In this document: piece by piece, positions 8,628 through 17,884 of the stretch | Position numbering within the stretch: position 1 is the first letter of the stretch | Layout: every line of letters starts with the position of its first letter | DNA from: an uncultured virus (IMG/VR IMGVR_UViG_3300028903_000203) | Lineage: Duplodnaviria > Heunggongvirae > Uroviricota > Caudoviricetes | Virus record (IMG/VR): IMGVR_UViG_3300028903_000203 | Direction: 5' to 3' (one strand) | DNA length: 45,595 nt | Position numbers and translations under genes: made by a program | The notes under the pieces: model-generated | Databases searched by the model: none | What the model saw: only the letters and a program-made list of their open reading frames with translations | What the model was told of the DNA's origin: nothing

Positions 8628-10747
8628 GCTGCAAAGACAAGTGGGCACAAGAAGTAGCTGCCCGGCTGGCGGAGGCGGCGAAGGTCGCCCCCGGCCAGGT
8701 GGATGGGGGGCAGCGGTGCGACCATGAAGGGTGTACCGAACTGGTCAACCGCGCCACCCAGCGTTGCATCAAAGGCCATGTCCAGGGTGGGGCTGCGGAG
8801 CAGCCGCAGTATCCGGCAGAGCTCGACGGGCTGTTGTGTGCGGTGCAGGAGCTGGTCCAACAGGAGCCCGCGCGCGAGTTGGACGCGCGAGTTATCGAGG
8901 CGCAGCGTTTTGTAGCCGAGGGCGCGGGGCAGGTGGAGGAAGAAACCGCCTACGCGCAAGGCTTGACCGCCGTGAAACTCCTCTTGCGGGTCATCGCCGA
9001 GGCTGCGGACCAACCGGCGTGGCAGGACGATCCGCGAGTGCGGGCCGCCAGGATGGCCGTCGGGGAGCCGGAGGAATCCCCGGCCCTGTGTGAGTTACGG
9101 GACATGCTGGAGGACCAGGGCTTGCTGCGGGAGGACGGGGGGGCCAGCACTTTCGACCGGGAGGACATCGAGCTATTCTGGGAGAGCATGCTGGCCGCGG
9201 CCGGAGGCGCGCTGACCGTAGATGGGCAACCGGCGGACTATAGTTCCTCTGTGGCGGTGGATAGTGATGGCGATGCCGGTGTCACCATCAGCGTAGCGTA
9301 TGAGCAGACCCCCGGCGATCCGCACAGCAAAGCCAAGGTGGAGGTCTACAACAACTACCTGCGCGGCCGAGAGGAATGGACCGCAACGGAGTTAGGGGCA
9401 GCGCTGGAGAGCCTGCGGGAGCAAGCCCAAACCCGCCTGGACAATCTCCTGGCGCAGCGGAACCCGCGAACCCGGCAATCGTCGGGCGTAACCCAGCAGG
9501 CCGGCGGGGCCGTGCAGCTCGACGCGGCGGCGGTGGAATCGCTGAGCGCGCTGCTTGCGGCGGCGGCGGGCAAGCTGGACATCGCCAACGGCATTGTAGA
9601 CTCCTATGAGGAAGGCGAGGGGGAGGAAGAAGACGAGGATGGGGTGGCCCGGTTTGTGCCGGCTAGCTTCCTGGCTGCTATGTCGTCGTGGCAGGAGCGG
9701 CTGCAAAAGCCGGTGGCCGCGCCGTCCCCGGCGCTGGGCGCGCAGACCCAGCAGGTACTTGATGCGGCGCGGCGGGTCGCCGATCCCCGCCGGCACGTGC
9801 GGGGTGAACCGCTGCGCAGCGACGTGGAGGCGTTGCAGGCGGCGTTAGGGACCGCTGCGACCCAAGAGTGGACCCCACCGAGCGTGAGCGAAGTGCTGGC
9901 CCAGAACCGGATTACGCAGACAACGCTGGCGCAGGATGAGCAGGTCGAGGCCCGGGTCGGCCATGGGGTCGCCCTCGTGGAGGGCGTGCGGCAGTTGGAG
10001 CAGGAGCTGGCGCAAGGTCCTTTGGCCCCGGAGAAGCTGCTCGACCGGCTCATGGCGCTGCGGCAGGAGAGCCATGCCGCGTATGAACCAACGCGTCCGC
10101 AATATGTCGGCGGTGCCGCCGACATTGGCCGGGGCTCGGAAGGGCTCTTTGACAACGTGGTGGAACAGGTTGTGGATGGGCGCGTCGCCCAGGGCAAGGC
10201 AGCAACTGCCGGGGGCGTAAGCCATGTAGAAGCAGCGGCCTACACTGCCCGGGCGTTGTGGACGGGGCAGGTCGGTGCCAATTCACAGCAGTACCCCATG
10301 AAGCTGCTGCGCGAGCGGGCGGCGCAGGCCGGGATGCCGCATGCGGCCCTGGCTTCGCGGGGGCTGGTAGTCCAGTGGCTGGGCGCGAAGTCGGCGGCAG
10401 CGGCCCGCGATACGGTGATCGAGGGGCTGCGCCGGAGCAAGCGACAGACCATCGTGGCCGTGGGGAAGGATGGGCAGCAGCGCACGTGGCGGGCCAATGA
10501 AAAGGTGCGCTGGCAGGACAGAGAGGGCACGGAGCACCAGGGAGTCATCACCGGCTGTGGGCTGCGGGTAGTTGTTGGCGAGACGAGAGAGATTCGAGAG
10601 GGTTTGGCGTCTTGGGAGGAGCACTGGCCGGACACGGCCACGCTGCAACCAGCCGTGGAGGTGTTTGCCCGGCACGCGGCCAGTGGTGGGGGGCGGGTGC
10701 TGAAGGGGCAGCCGATGTTGTTGTCTGACCTGACACTGGTGGAGTAG
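8624..10747 (+). CDS. MSC-leader family protein 7 (subtype A) with shared central and SH3-like C-terminal modules
   Basis: Leader motif; ATGA overlap with the previous gene; LLREDG..FWE, YEQTPGD and GKDGQQRTW..KVRW motifs. Confidence 0.88.
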   Translation: MSCKDKWAQEVAARLAEAAKVAPGQVDGGQRCDHEGCTELVNRATQRCIKGHVQGGAAEQPQYPAELDGLLCAVQELVQQEPARELDARVIEAQRFVAEGAGQVEEETAYAQGLTAVKLLLRVIAEAADQPAWQDDPRVRAARMAVGEPEESPALCELRDMLEDQGLLREDGGASTFDREDIELFWESMLAAAGGALTVDGQPADYSSSVAVDSDGDAGVTISVAYEQTPGDPHSKAKVEVYNNYLRGREEWTATELGAALESLREQAQTRLDNLLAQRNPRTRQSSGVTQQAGGAVQLDAAAVESLSALLAAAAGKLDIANGIVDSYEEGEGEEEDEDGVARFVPASFLAAMSSWQERLQKPVAAPSPALGAQTQQVLDAARRVADPRRHVRGEPLRSDVEALQAALGTAATQEWTPPSVSEVLAQNRITQTTLAQDEQVEARVGHGVALVEGVRQLEQELAQGPLAPEKLLDRLMALRQESHAAYEPTRPQYVGGAADIGRGSEGLFDNVVEQVVDGRVAQGKAATAGGVSHVEAAAYTARALWTGQVGANSQQYPMKLLRERAAQAGMPHAALASRGLVVQWLGAKSAAAARDTVIEGLRRSKRQTIVAVGKDGQQRTWRANEKVRWQDREGTEHQGVITGCGLRVVVGETREIREGLASWEEHWPDTATLQPAVEVFARHAASGGGRVLKGQPMLLSDLTLVE

Positions 10748-10785
10748 TTGGCGGCGGGCCTCCCGTTGCGCACATGGAGGTAGAT

Positions 10786-12825
10786 ATGAGCTGCAAGGAC
10801 AAGTGGGCTGAAGAAGTGGCCGCGCGCTTGCAAGCGCAGGCCCGGATTGCACCGGGGCAGGTGGATGGGGGGCAGCGGTGCGACCACGAGGGCTGCACCT
10901 CCCTGGTCAACCTGGCGACAAGCCGTTGCGTGGAACACTACCATGTCCAGGGCGGAGACAGCGCGCGGCAGACCCCGGCGGAGCTGGACGGGCTGTGGTG
11001 TGCGATCACGGAGCTGAGCCAACAGGAGCCCGGGGTGGCCGCCGACGACCGCGTAGTGGCGGCCCGCCGCTTCTACGTGGAAGATATGGCCCCCGGGGAG
11101 GAGCGGTCGCGCGACTGGGAGCAAGGCTGCGCCCATTTACGGGCGTTGCTGGAAGTCATCGGCGAAGCCGGTGACCAGGCGACGTGGCGGAGCGACCCCC
11201 GGATACAGGCGGCGCAACTGGCCCTCAATATCACCCCAGACTCACCTGTGGTGGTTCGCGTCCGCGAGCTGCTGGAGGAAGAGGGCTTGCTGCGGGAAAG
11301 CGGGGAGGTCTATACCCCCGATACCGGGGATGTGCAGGCTTTTTGGACGCGGGTGCTGTGGGCCGTGCGCGAACACCTGCCGCCGATCCCGCTGGAGTTG
11401 GGCGTGGGGCGGTACGGTAGTGAGGCCCACACGGGCGATGATGGCTACACTGAAGTACGCATCGGCACTACGGTGTATCGGGAGCCCGGCAATCCGCAGT
11501 CGGCCAAGCTGTTAGTGGACATCCTGCATACTGGCACCGAGCCCCCTGATGAGTGGGAGTGGCCGCAGGTGGTCACGGCGACGGAAAGCCTCCTGGTCGC
11601 CGCGCAGGAACAGGTAGCCCGGATACTGACCTGGCCGCAACGAGCGCACCGGGACAAGGAACGGGCCGCCGAGGCGGATGACTTTGCGGGGGCCGTCCAT
11701 GAGGCGCTGGTGGCGGCCGGCGTAGACATGGGGGATGGGGAAAACCCCCAGGACCCCATTACCGCCATCGGCATCCTGGGAACCCGCTTGGGGCAAACGC
11801 AGAAAGCGTTGCGGCAACTGCGCGCTGCGGCGGAGCGGGTCTGCGACCCGACGCGCTCCATGGAGGGCCACCCCTATACTTCGAGTGTGGAGGCGCTCCG
11901 CTCACTTCTGGCGCGGCTGCCGGGAAGCTTGCTGCCGGCTCAGGGGGGACCGGCTAGCGTGGAGGATGTGCTGGCGCATGAAGGCATCGCCGCCACGGGG
12001 GAGCAGGTGGCACACCTCGAACAACGGGTCGAGGCGGGCGCGGCGTTTGTCGTGGGGCTGGAACAGTTACGGTTAGCGGAGCGGCGCGGCCAACTCGGGG
12101 GCTCGGCCCTGCTGGACCGCCTCTTGGCGCTGCGGGAACAGCAACACCAGGCGACGGCGCTGACCCCGGAGGAACACCCAGCGGAGCCCCCCAGTCAGAT
12201 GGATTGGCCGTGGGAGGCGGTAGTGCGGAGGGCCATTGACGAGCGGGTGGAAACGGAGACAGGAGAGCCCGGGCCGCGCTTCGGCTGGCTGGCTGCGGCC
12301 AACGAGACCGTCGGCCAGGTCTGGCTAGACCAGGTGCAAGGAGATGCCGCCTGCTTTCCCACGGCAGAGCTACGGGAGCGGGCGGCGGCAGTGGGGATGC
12401 CGTGCGCCCGGTATGCGTCGCGGAAGGTGGTGGTGGATTGGCTGCGGGCACCGGCCGCCCGGAGTGCCCACCACATGCTGCTGCGCGAGCTAGGCCGCAG
12501 CCACCGGACCACCTTGACCGCGCCGGGGAGGGATGGGCAGGAGCGGACCTGGCGGGAGGGAGACCCCGTGGAGTGGGTTGAGGCGGGCCGGCACTTGCAC
12601 GGCACTATCGAGCGTTGCGGTTTTGGTGTGGTGCGCAACGGGGTACTCCTCCAGGAGCGGCCGGCGGGGGAGGATAGGTGGGCAGAAGCAGACGAGCTGC
12701 ACCCGACCGCGACAGTGGCGGTGCGTGATGCCAGCCGCCGCCGCGCCGATGGGTTGGGACAGATTGTTAATGTCACAACCGTGCTGTTGAGTGAGGTCAG
12801 CATGCAGGACATGGCCCCGGCGTAG
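10786..12825 (+). CDS. MSC-leader family protein 8 (subtype A)
   Basis: ATG at 10786 follows GGAGG; full-length paralogue of ORFs 8624 and 12851. Confidence 0.88.
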   Translation: MSCKDKWAEEVAARLQAQARIAPGQVDGGQRCDHEGCTSLVNLATSRCVEHYHVQGGDSARQTPAELDGLWCAITELSQQEPGVAADDRVVAARRFYVEDMAPGEERSRDWEQGCAHLRALLEVIGEAGDQATWRSDPRIQAAQLALNITPDSPVVVRVRELLEEEGLLRESGEVYTPDTGDVQAFWTRVLWAVREHLPPIPLELGVGRYGSEAHTGDDGYTEVRIGTTVYREPGNPQSAKLLVDILHTGTEPPDEWEWPQVVTATESLLVAAQEQVARILTWPQRAHRDKERAAEADDFAGAVHEALVAAGVDMGDGENPQDPITAIGILGTRLGQTQKALRQLRAAAERVCDPTRSMEGHPYTSSVEALRSLLARLPGSLLPAQGGPASVEDVLAHEGIAATGEQVAHLEQRVEAGAAFVVGLEQLRLAERRGQLGGSALLDRLLALREQQHQATALTPEEHPAEPPSQMDWPWEAVVRRAIDERVETETGEPGPRFGWLAAANETVGQVWLDQVQGDAACFPTAELRERAAAVGMPCARYASRKVVVDWLRAPAARSAHHMLLRELGRSHRTTLTAPGRDGQERTWREGDPVEWVEAGRHLHGTIERCGFGVVRNGVLLQERPAGEDRWAEADELHPTATVAVRDASRRRADGLGQIVNVTTVLLSEVSMQDMAPA

Positions 12826-12850
12826 GAAGTATCTACGGAGGAGGAACCAG

Positions 12851-14734
12851 ATGAGCTGCAAGGACAAGTGGGCTGAAGAAGTGGCCGCGCGCTTGCAAGC
12901 GCAGGCCCGGATTGCACCGGGGCAAGTGGATGGCGGGCAGCGCTGCGACCATGAGGGCTGTACCTCCCTGGTCAACCTGGCGACGAACCGCTGCGTCCAG
13001 AACAACCATGTCCAGGGCGGCGCGGAGGATCGCGGGTATCCCAGCGAGCTGGCGGGGCTGTGGTGCGCCGTCCAGGAGCTGCTCCCGCAGCATCCGAGAT
13101 GGGAGGCTGACGACCGGGTGGTGGGTGCGCAGCGCTTCTTAGCGTCATTCGGAGAGGCATCCTTACTGGATGACGCTACGGCCTACCGGCAGGGAGAGGA
13201 GCATATCCTGGGCCTGCTGGAGGTCATAGCCATCGGCGGCGAGGCATCTTGGCAGGATGACCCCCGGGTGAAAGCGGCGAAGATGGCGGTCGGCGTGTCG
13301 CTAGAACCCCCCGTATCCCCGGTAGTGCAACGACTGCGGGAGGCGATGGACGAGGACACGTTGCTGAGAGAAGACGGGTCGGTCTATGCGTTTGGACGAG
13401 ACGACCAGGAGCTGTTCTGGGAGAACGTAGCCGAGGCGGTTACGGATAGTCTGGCCAGCGGCGAGGACGTCCTTGTCTACTACAACGTTGATACGGATAA
13501 CGACTGGGACACCTGTATTAAGGTGCTGGCGCAGTATGAGCAAACGCCGGGGGACGCGCAGAGCAAGGTCACAGTCGAGGTCTGGGCTGCCTATATGAAG
13601 GGTAAAGAGAACTGGACGGCGGCGGAGTTGGCGGAGGGGGTGGAGCACCTGCGGCAGGAGGCGCAGCAGAAGCTGGATGAACTGCTGGCGCGGCGGCAGC
13701 CCTCGGCTGCGCCAGCAACGACCAACGCTATCTCGCCCGAGCACGTCCAGCAGTTACTCGCCGCTGCTCAACGGGTGGTGAACCCGGCCTACTACGACCA
13801 GGGCCGGCCGAGCAGCGGGGACTTAGCCGCACTGCGGGCCGCCTTGGACCGTCTGGGGAGCGGGGAGCCGCAGGGACCACCGACGGTGGCCGAGCTCCTA
13901 GCCGGCCGCGAGAGGAAGGTCACCAAGAAGGAGCTGGCTCAGTTGGAGCGTCGGGTGCAAGCGGGCCAGGAGTTCGCCAACCAGGCGCAAGAGGTGGCGG
14001 CGCTGGGCCGCCCGACGAGTCCGGCTGAGGCTGCGGCCCTCCTGGACCGCCTGGTGGTCTTACGGCGGTTGCAAAGGGAGGTGGAAGGGCCCCATGTACC
14101 GTATGGGCGGACGGAGCAGGAACGGGCGCGGCACCACCGCCAGGAGGAGCTGGATGGTGTGGTCGAGCAGGCGCTCGAGGAACGGCTGCGGGCGACAGCC
14201 CTGCCGGGACTGGACAGTGTGTCTCCCTATGGATCGGCGCAGGGGGCCGTAGACGTCATCTGGACAAAAGTGGTGGCGGCGGACAAGAAACTGTTCCCCA
14301 CCGAGCGCTTGCGGGCTGTAGCCGTGGGGTTGGGCGGCCCGATTGTAGGGTATGTCCGAGACCGGCAGCGGCTGGTAGGCTGGCTGGCCGCGCGGGACGA
14401 CTACCTGGAGCAGCGGTCACTCGCGGCCTATCTATGCACGCTCAAACGTCGTTCTGAGACGGGCGTGGGCAAAGATGGCGTCGAGCGCACCTGGCAAGCG
14501 GGCATGCGCGTGCGCTTTGCTGATCCGTGGGCTCCTGGGCAACAGGAGGAAGGAACGGTGCAAATCTGTACCTTCCTCCCGCAGGACGAGGACGGGAAGG
14601 TGCTGGAGCGTTGGTACTGGAACTACGGGGACAACGCTGTACCGGCGGCGGTGGTCGTGCAGAAGAATGGCATTGACCACTGGATACCCCTTGCGGACCT
14701 GGAAGTTGTGGAAGAAGAGCAGGAGAGAGGATAG
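12851..14734 (+). CDS. MSC-leader family protein 9 (subtype A)
   Basis: ATG at 12851 follows GGAGGAGG; first 44 aa identical to ORF 10786. Confidence 0.88.
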   Translation: MSCKDKWAEEVAARLQAQARIAPGQVDGGQRCDHEGCTSLVNLATNRCVQNNHVQGGAEDRGYPSELAGLWCAVQELLPQHPRWEADDRVVGAQRFLASFGEASLLDDATAYRQGEEHILGLLEVIAIGGEASWQDDPRVKAAKMAVGVSLEPPVSPVVQRLREAMDEDTLLREDGSVYAFGRDDQELFWENVAEAVTDSLASGEDVLVYYNVDTDNDWDTCIKVLAQYEQTPGDAQSKVTVEVWAAYMKGKENWTAAELAEGVEHLRQEAQQKLDELLARRQPSAAPATTNAISPEHVQQLLAAAQRVVNPAYYDQGRPSSGDLAALRAALDRLGSGEPQGPPTVAELLAGRERKVTKKELAQLERRVQAGQEFANQAQEVAALGRPTSPAEAAALLDRLVVLRRLQREVEGPHVPYGRTEQERARHHRQEELDGVVEQALEERLRATALPGLDSVSPYGSAQGAVDVIWTKVVAADKKLFPTERLRAVAVGLGGPIVGYVRDRQRLVGWLAARDDYLEQRSLAAYLCTLKRRSETGVGKDGVERTWQAGMRVRFADPWAPGQQEEGTVQICTFLPQDEDGKVLERWYWNYGDNAVPAAVVVQKNGIDHWIPLADLEVVEEEQERG

Positions 14735-14765
14735 ATGCTTTACTGCGATTTCGCAGTAAAGCATC
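14734..14765. repeat. 32-bp perfect palindrome, copy 2
   Basis: GATGCTTTACTGCGA-TT-TCGCAGTAAAGCATC: 15-bp perfect arms with a 2-bp centre, overlapping the stop codon of the last gene of array 1. Confidence 0.9.
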
Positions 14766-14981
14766 GCGGTAACGGCCGGCCGAGCAGCGTCAGTACCAAG
14801 CCGGTCAGCGGAACGTGACATAGGCCGCCAGGTGCTGCTGTCAGAGAGTTGGCAGCAAAACGTCCCTAAGTTGGCAGTAAACGGTCAGTGAGCTGTGTCA
14901 GCTAGCAGCCGGCGAGGACACCTCGCCGGCTGTGGCGTTACGGGGCACCACCGGGAAGGAGACATAATAATATAACGGACA

Positions 14982-15010
14982 ATTATAAGGGGTGGGCTTG
15001 TCGCGCGCAA
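14982..15010 (-). promoter_or_regulatory. Possible sigma70 promoter antisense to array 1
   Basis: Minus-strand TTGCGC-N17-TATAAT. Confidence 0.4.
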
Positions 15011-15151
15011 TGGGCCCTGCCCGCAGCGGGAATATAACGAATCGCAATAAAGTAGCAGTTCCGGCATCCTGATCGAGACATGAAAATAGGCCATCAAGTA
15101 GACATAATCTGCGAGTGGAATAGCGTCGCATAGCGTTGAATAAGCGACGTT

Positions 15152-15179
15152 AGCTAACAAAAAGAGAGTTATGTCAACT
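15152..15179. other. dif-like (Xer) 11-6-11 site
   Basis: AGCTAACAAAA-AGAGAG-TTATGTCAACT. The right arm resembles XerD arms (TTATGT(T/C)AAxT), and the arms are 8/11 palindromic. Confidence 0.5.
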
Positions 15180-15361
15180 ACAAGACCCTATTTTTGCGGC
15201 TGGCGCGGTGTCGGACTTTTTTCGACAAATGCAGCTTGTAAACGGATCGCCGCACGCCACTGGGTACGGCGGTACGCTGTTGTCCCGACCGGCGCTCGAA
15301 AGGCTTTCGGCTCTGTGTATTATGTCACACTGGCGGTACTGCCTCACTGCCAAAGGGGGCC

Positions 15362-15757
15362 TCAGCGGCTGGCCGCGCCCTCTTCGTCGTCCAGGGGCAG
15401 CCGCTGGCGGAGGCTCGCCAGCGCACTTGCCAGGAAGGGGCTCCACCGTTGCTGGCGTTGGTGCGCATAGCGCTGCGCTGCTGCGGGAGTCTCTGCTGTC
15501 GCCTCGGCTCGTGCCAGCGTGATGAGCAGCAGGTCCACGGCTTCTTTGGCCCGGGTTCCCCCCGGCGACTGTAGGAGGGCAGCGTACAGCACGTCGAAGA
15601 ACGGATGGGCCTTATTGATATGCACAGTGATCTGGTCGCCAACCCGCTCGGGGACATAGAAGGGAGCCTGTGTGGCGGCAAAGTAGTCAACCTTGTATTG
15701 GTATTGCTGTGGTTGTGCGGGAACGTCTGCTGGGCGGTTCTCGTCAGTGGTACTCGT
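15362..15757 (-). CDS. Stand-alone protein resembling the C-terminal region of MORC/GHKL-type ATPases; ACG (non-canonical or mutated) start
   Basis: AAGGAGG RBS 6 nt before ACG-AGT-ACC; sequence ..APFYVPERVGDQITVHINKAHPFFDVLY..AVDLLLITLARAEA..WSPFL. Confidence 0.55.
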   Translation of the reverse strand, partial: TSTTDENRPADVPAQPQQYQYKVDYFAATQAPFYVPERVGDQITVHINKAHPFFDVLYAALLQSPGGTRAKEAVDLLLITLARAEATAETPAAAQRYAHQRQQRWSPFLASALASLRQRLPLDDEEGAASR

Positions 15758-15896
15758 GTCACACCTCCTTGGGCTGGACCCGCATGGTCGTTGTGGTGGT
15801 GCTCTACCATGTTCATGTCCAACTTATCGGTGAGGCGTGCACGCGGTGGTGAAGCCGCAGTAGCCAGACCGTTCAAAACGCACAGTAATTATGTCT

Positions 15897-15932
15897 AGCC
15901 CCGGGGGCGGCCATCTGGCCGCCCCCGGGGCT
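15897..15932. terminator. 17-bp perfect GC-rich hairpin downstream of the zeta-like/immunity-like operon
   Basis: AGCCCCGGGGGCGGCCA-TC-TGGCCGCCCCCGGGGCT. Confidence 0.65.
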
Positions 15933-15961
15933 GAGAGCGCAAGGACTATGCTGGCCGTGTT

Positions 15962-16195
15962 CTACGGCGGAGCTGCGCCCTGCCGTAGAAACCGCAAGCT
16001 ATGATCTCCCGGATACGGCTCTACGTGCGTTTTCTCTCCACTCAGAAGCACCGCTGGAATACCCTCGGGGTAGGCCGCGCAGCGGCCCTCCCCTTGAAAG
16101 CGAGCACATACGTAACAGGAGAGGCTAAAGTCAATCGCCAGCAGCCGGTCAAGAGTCGCATCCTCACCGTCAGACACTCCGGACAACTTAGGCAT
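15962..16195 (-). CDS. Small Cys/His protein (CxxC..C.AYPEGIP..H.EPYPGDH.LRF), candidate immunity/antitoxin
   Basis: Overlaps the zeta-like gene stop by 8 nt and has a GAAGGGGGA RBS. The motif resembles small proteins I recognise from downstream of phage MuF-type toxin genes. Confidence 0.7.
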   Translation of the reverse strand: MPKLSGVSDGEDATLDRLLAIDFSLSCYVCARFQGEGRCAAYPEGIPAVLLSGEKTHVEPYPGDHSLRFLRQGAAPP

Positions 16196-17816
16196 CGCGT
16201 CCCCCTTCACCAACTAACGTGGCAAGTTGACCTTTAGGCACATCCGTGTTCCAGTGCCGCCACTCATCGCATTCCGCCTTCATCGCTTCCAAGGTGCCGC
16301 GGTTGCGGTGGTCATGACTGGCGACGTAAGCGGGGTCAACAAAGCGGCTGCCGCGGAGAAAGCGCCCCATCGCTCGGACCATGGCTTTCTCCAGCGGCAG
16401 GTCGGCATACGCCACCTCGACCCGGTAGCCCAGGGCCCTGAACGTGCGGGCCAGGGCGAGCATCTTCTCAGCCGTTTTCATCGAGCCGTCTAGGACAATG
16501 TTCTGGTGCTGCGCTATCGCCGACTGCAAGGCTCGCGCCATCACATCGTCCGTTTCCAGTTGGTAGGATTGGGCGTGGTGACCCAGGGCTTCAATGCCAT
16601 CAGCTTGGGCGAGCCGGGCTTTCATCACATCTGAATCCAACACTACGTAGCCAGCCAGTCGCTCTGCATAGACTGGGGACCGTAGCATAGAAGACTTGCC
16701 AGACCCCGGCACACCGCCTGTAAAGATGATGGTCGGTTGCTGCCCTGGTGGCACTGACGGTTTGCCGCCCACCATTGCGGCCAGTAGTTCGTTATGCAGA
16801 GTCTGCCGCGCGGGGGTATACACGCCACCGGCCATGTGCAGGTCGCGTGTATGCGGAATCAGGTTCTGCTCCTGACGCGCTCGTTCCACCCGTGCCAATG
16901 CTTCCTCACGAGTAAGATGGGCAGACCGGAGCATCTCGGCGGCCTCGGGAGAATCCAATGCCATTACCCGATAGTAGGTCGTGTAGTCAGCGGGGCTCAC
17001 TTGGTAGGACTCCAGAATAGTCGTGGAAAGAAGCGGAGCGGGTACGGTAGCGGTACTGCTCAGCAGGCTGGATAGCCGTGACACGGCCCCCAGCAGATAG
17101 TTCTCCGCAGGGGCGTTTTCCAACTGGCGGGCTAATTCAATAGCCAGGTTGTAGTAGACGATAGCGCGGCCGGCCTGCCCGTGACGGGCATCGAGCGCAG
17201 GAGCGGCTAGCGCTGCGGCAGCGGCGTCATCGCCAAGCATAGTAAGAGCGGTGGCAACGCTGGGCATGTCGCCTTCACGCAAGCCCCGCTGCAAGCTCAT
17301 AAGCAAGAGTCGTTCCCGTACCAGGGAACCGTGCTGTTCCTGGTCGGCCAACCGGCGCAGGTCTGCTGGGGACAATGCCGGATCGGAGCTATCTGGGCTG
17401 CCAGCGTGGTCAGCCAAAGACCACAGTGACCCCAGGGATGAGAATCCGACGGGGGCCGCCGCTCCGTTCTGGCGCAGTAGAGCGAGTCCGTCAAGAGTCT
17501 GGCGCGCTCGTGAGGCGAGACGCTCATCGCCAATTTCCTTGGCGGTATCTAGGGCCAGCCGAGCCTGGCGCTGTGCTTCCTGCCACGGAACCCCATCGGT
17601 TTGTCCGGGACGCCACTTTACGGCTGCCAGCAACAGCGCCTGTACGACGTCCGTGGGGCACTGGCTGTGACCGCGCGGGCACTTTTGCTCCGTGTTCAGA
17701 GGCTGATCGCAGCCGGGATGCAGACAGTGGGCCGCTCCGTCTACCCCACCCGTGGCTATGCGGGAGGCCGCGGCCAGGACCTTGGATTGGCGATCACGTT
17801 CACCTTTGCAGCTCAT
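16188..17816 (-). CDS. MSC-leader family protein 10 (subtype B) with C-terminal zeta-toxin/AAA_33-like P-loop kinase
   Basis: MSCKGERDRQS leader; IIFTGGVPGSGKS (Walker A), VLDSDVMK, NIVLDGSM, GYRVEVAYADLPLEKAMVRAMGR. Confidence 0.88.
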   Translation of the reverse strand: MSCKGERDRQSKVLAAASRIATGGVDGAAHCLHPGCDQPLNTEQKCPRGHSQCPTDVVQALLLAAVKWRPGQTDGVPWQEAQRQARLALDTAKEIGDERLASRARQTLDGLALLRQNGAAAPVGFSSLGSLWSLADHAGSPDSSDPALSPADLRRLADQEQHGSLVRERLLLMSLQRGLREGDMPSVATALTMLGDDAAAAALAAPALDARHGQAGRAIVYYNLAIELARQLENAPAENYLLGAVSRLSSLLSSTATVPAPLLSTTILESYQVSPADYTTYYRVMALDSPEAAEMLRSAHLTREEALARVERARQEQNLIPHTRDLHMAGGVYTPARQTLHNELLAAMVGGKPSVPPGQQPTIIFTGGVPGSGKSSMLRSPVYAERLAGYVVLDSDVMKARLAQADGIEALGHHAQSYQLETDDVMARALQSAIAQHQNIVLDGSMKTAEKMLALARTFRALGYRVEVAYADLPLEKAMVRAMGRFLRGSRFVDPAYVASHDHRNRGTLEAMKAECDEWRHWNTDVPKGQLATLVGEGGRDA

Positions 17817-17855
17817 CTCCACTCCTGTAGGCACGAGTTCAGTCTGTACCTGTCT

Positions 17856-17884
17856 ATTGTAGCAACAGAGAGCTTTTCTGGCAA
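17856..17884 (-). promoter_or_regulatory. sigma70-like promoter for the zeta-like member
   Basis: Minus-strand TTGCCA-N17-TACAAT, with a 13-bp inverted repeat at 17884-17922 immediately upstream. Confidence 0.6.
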
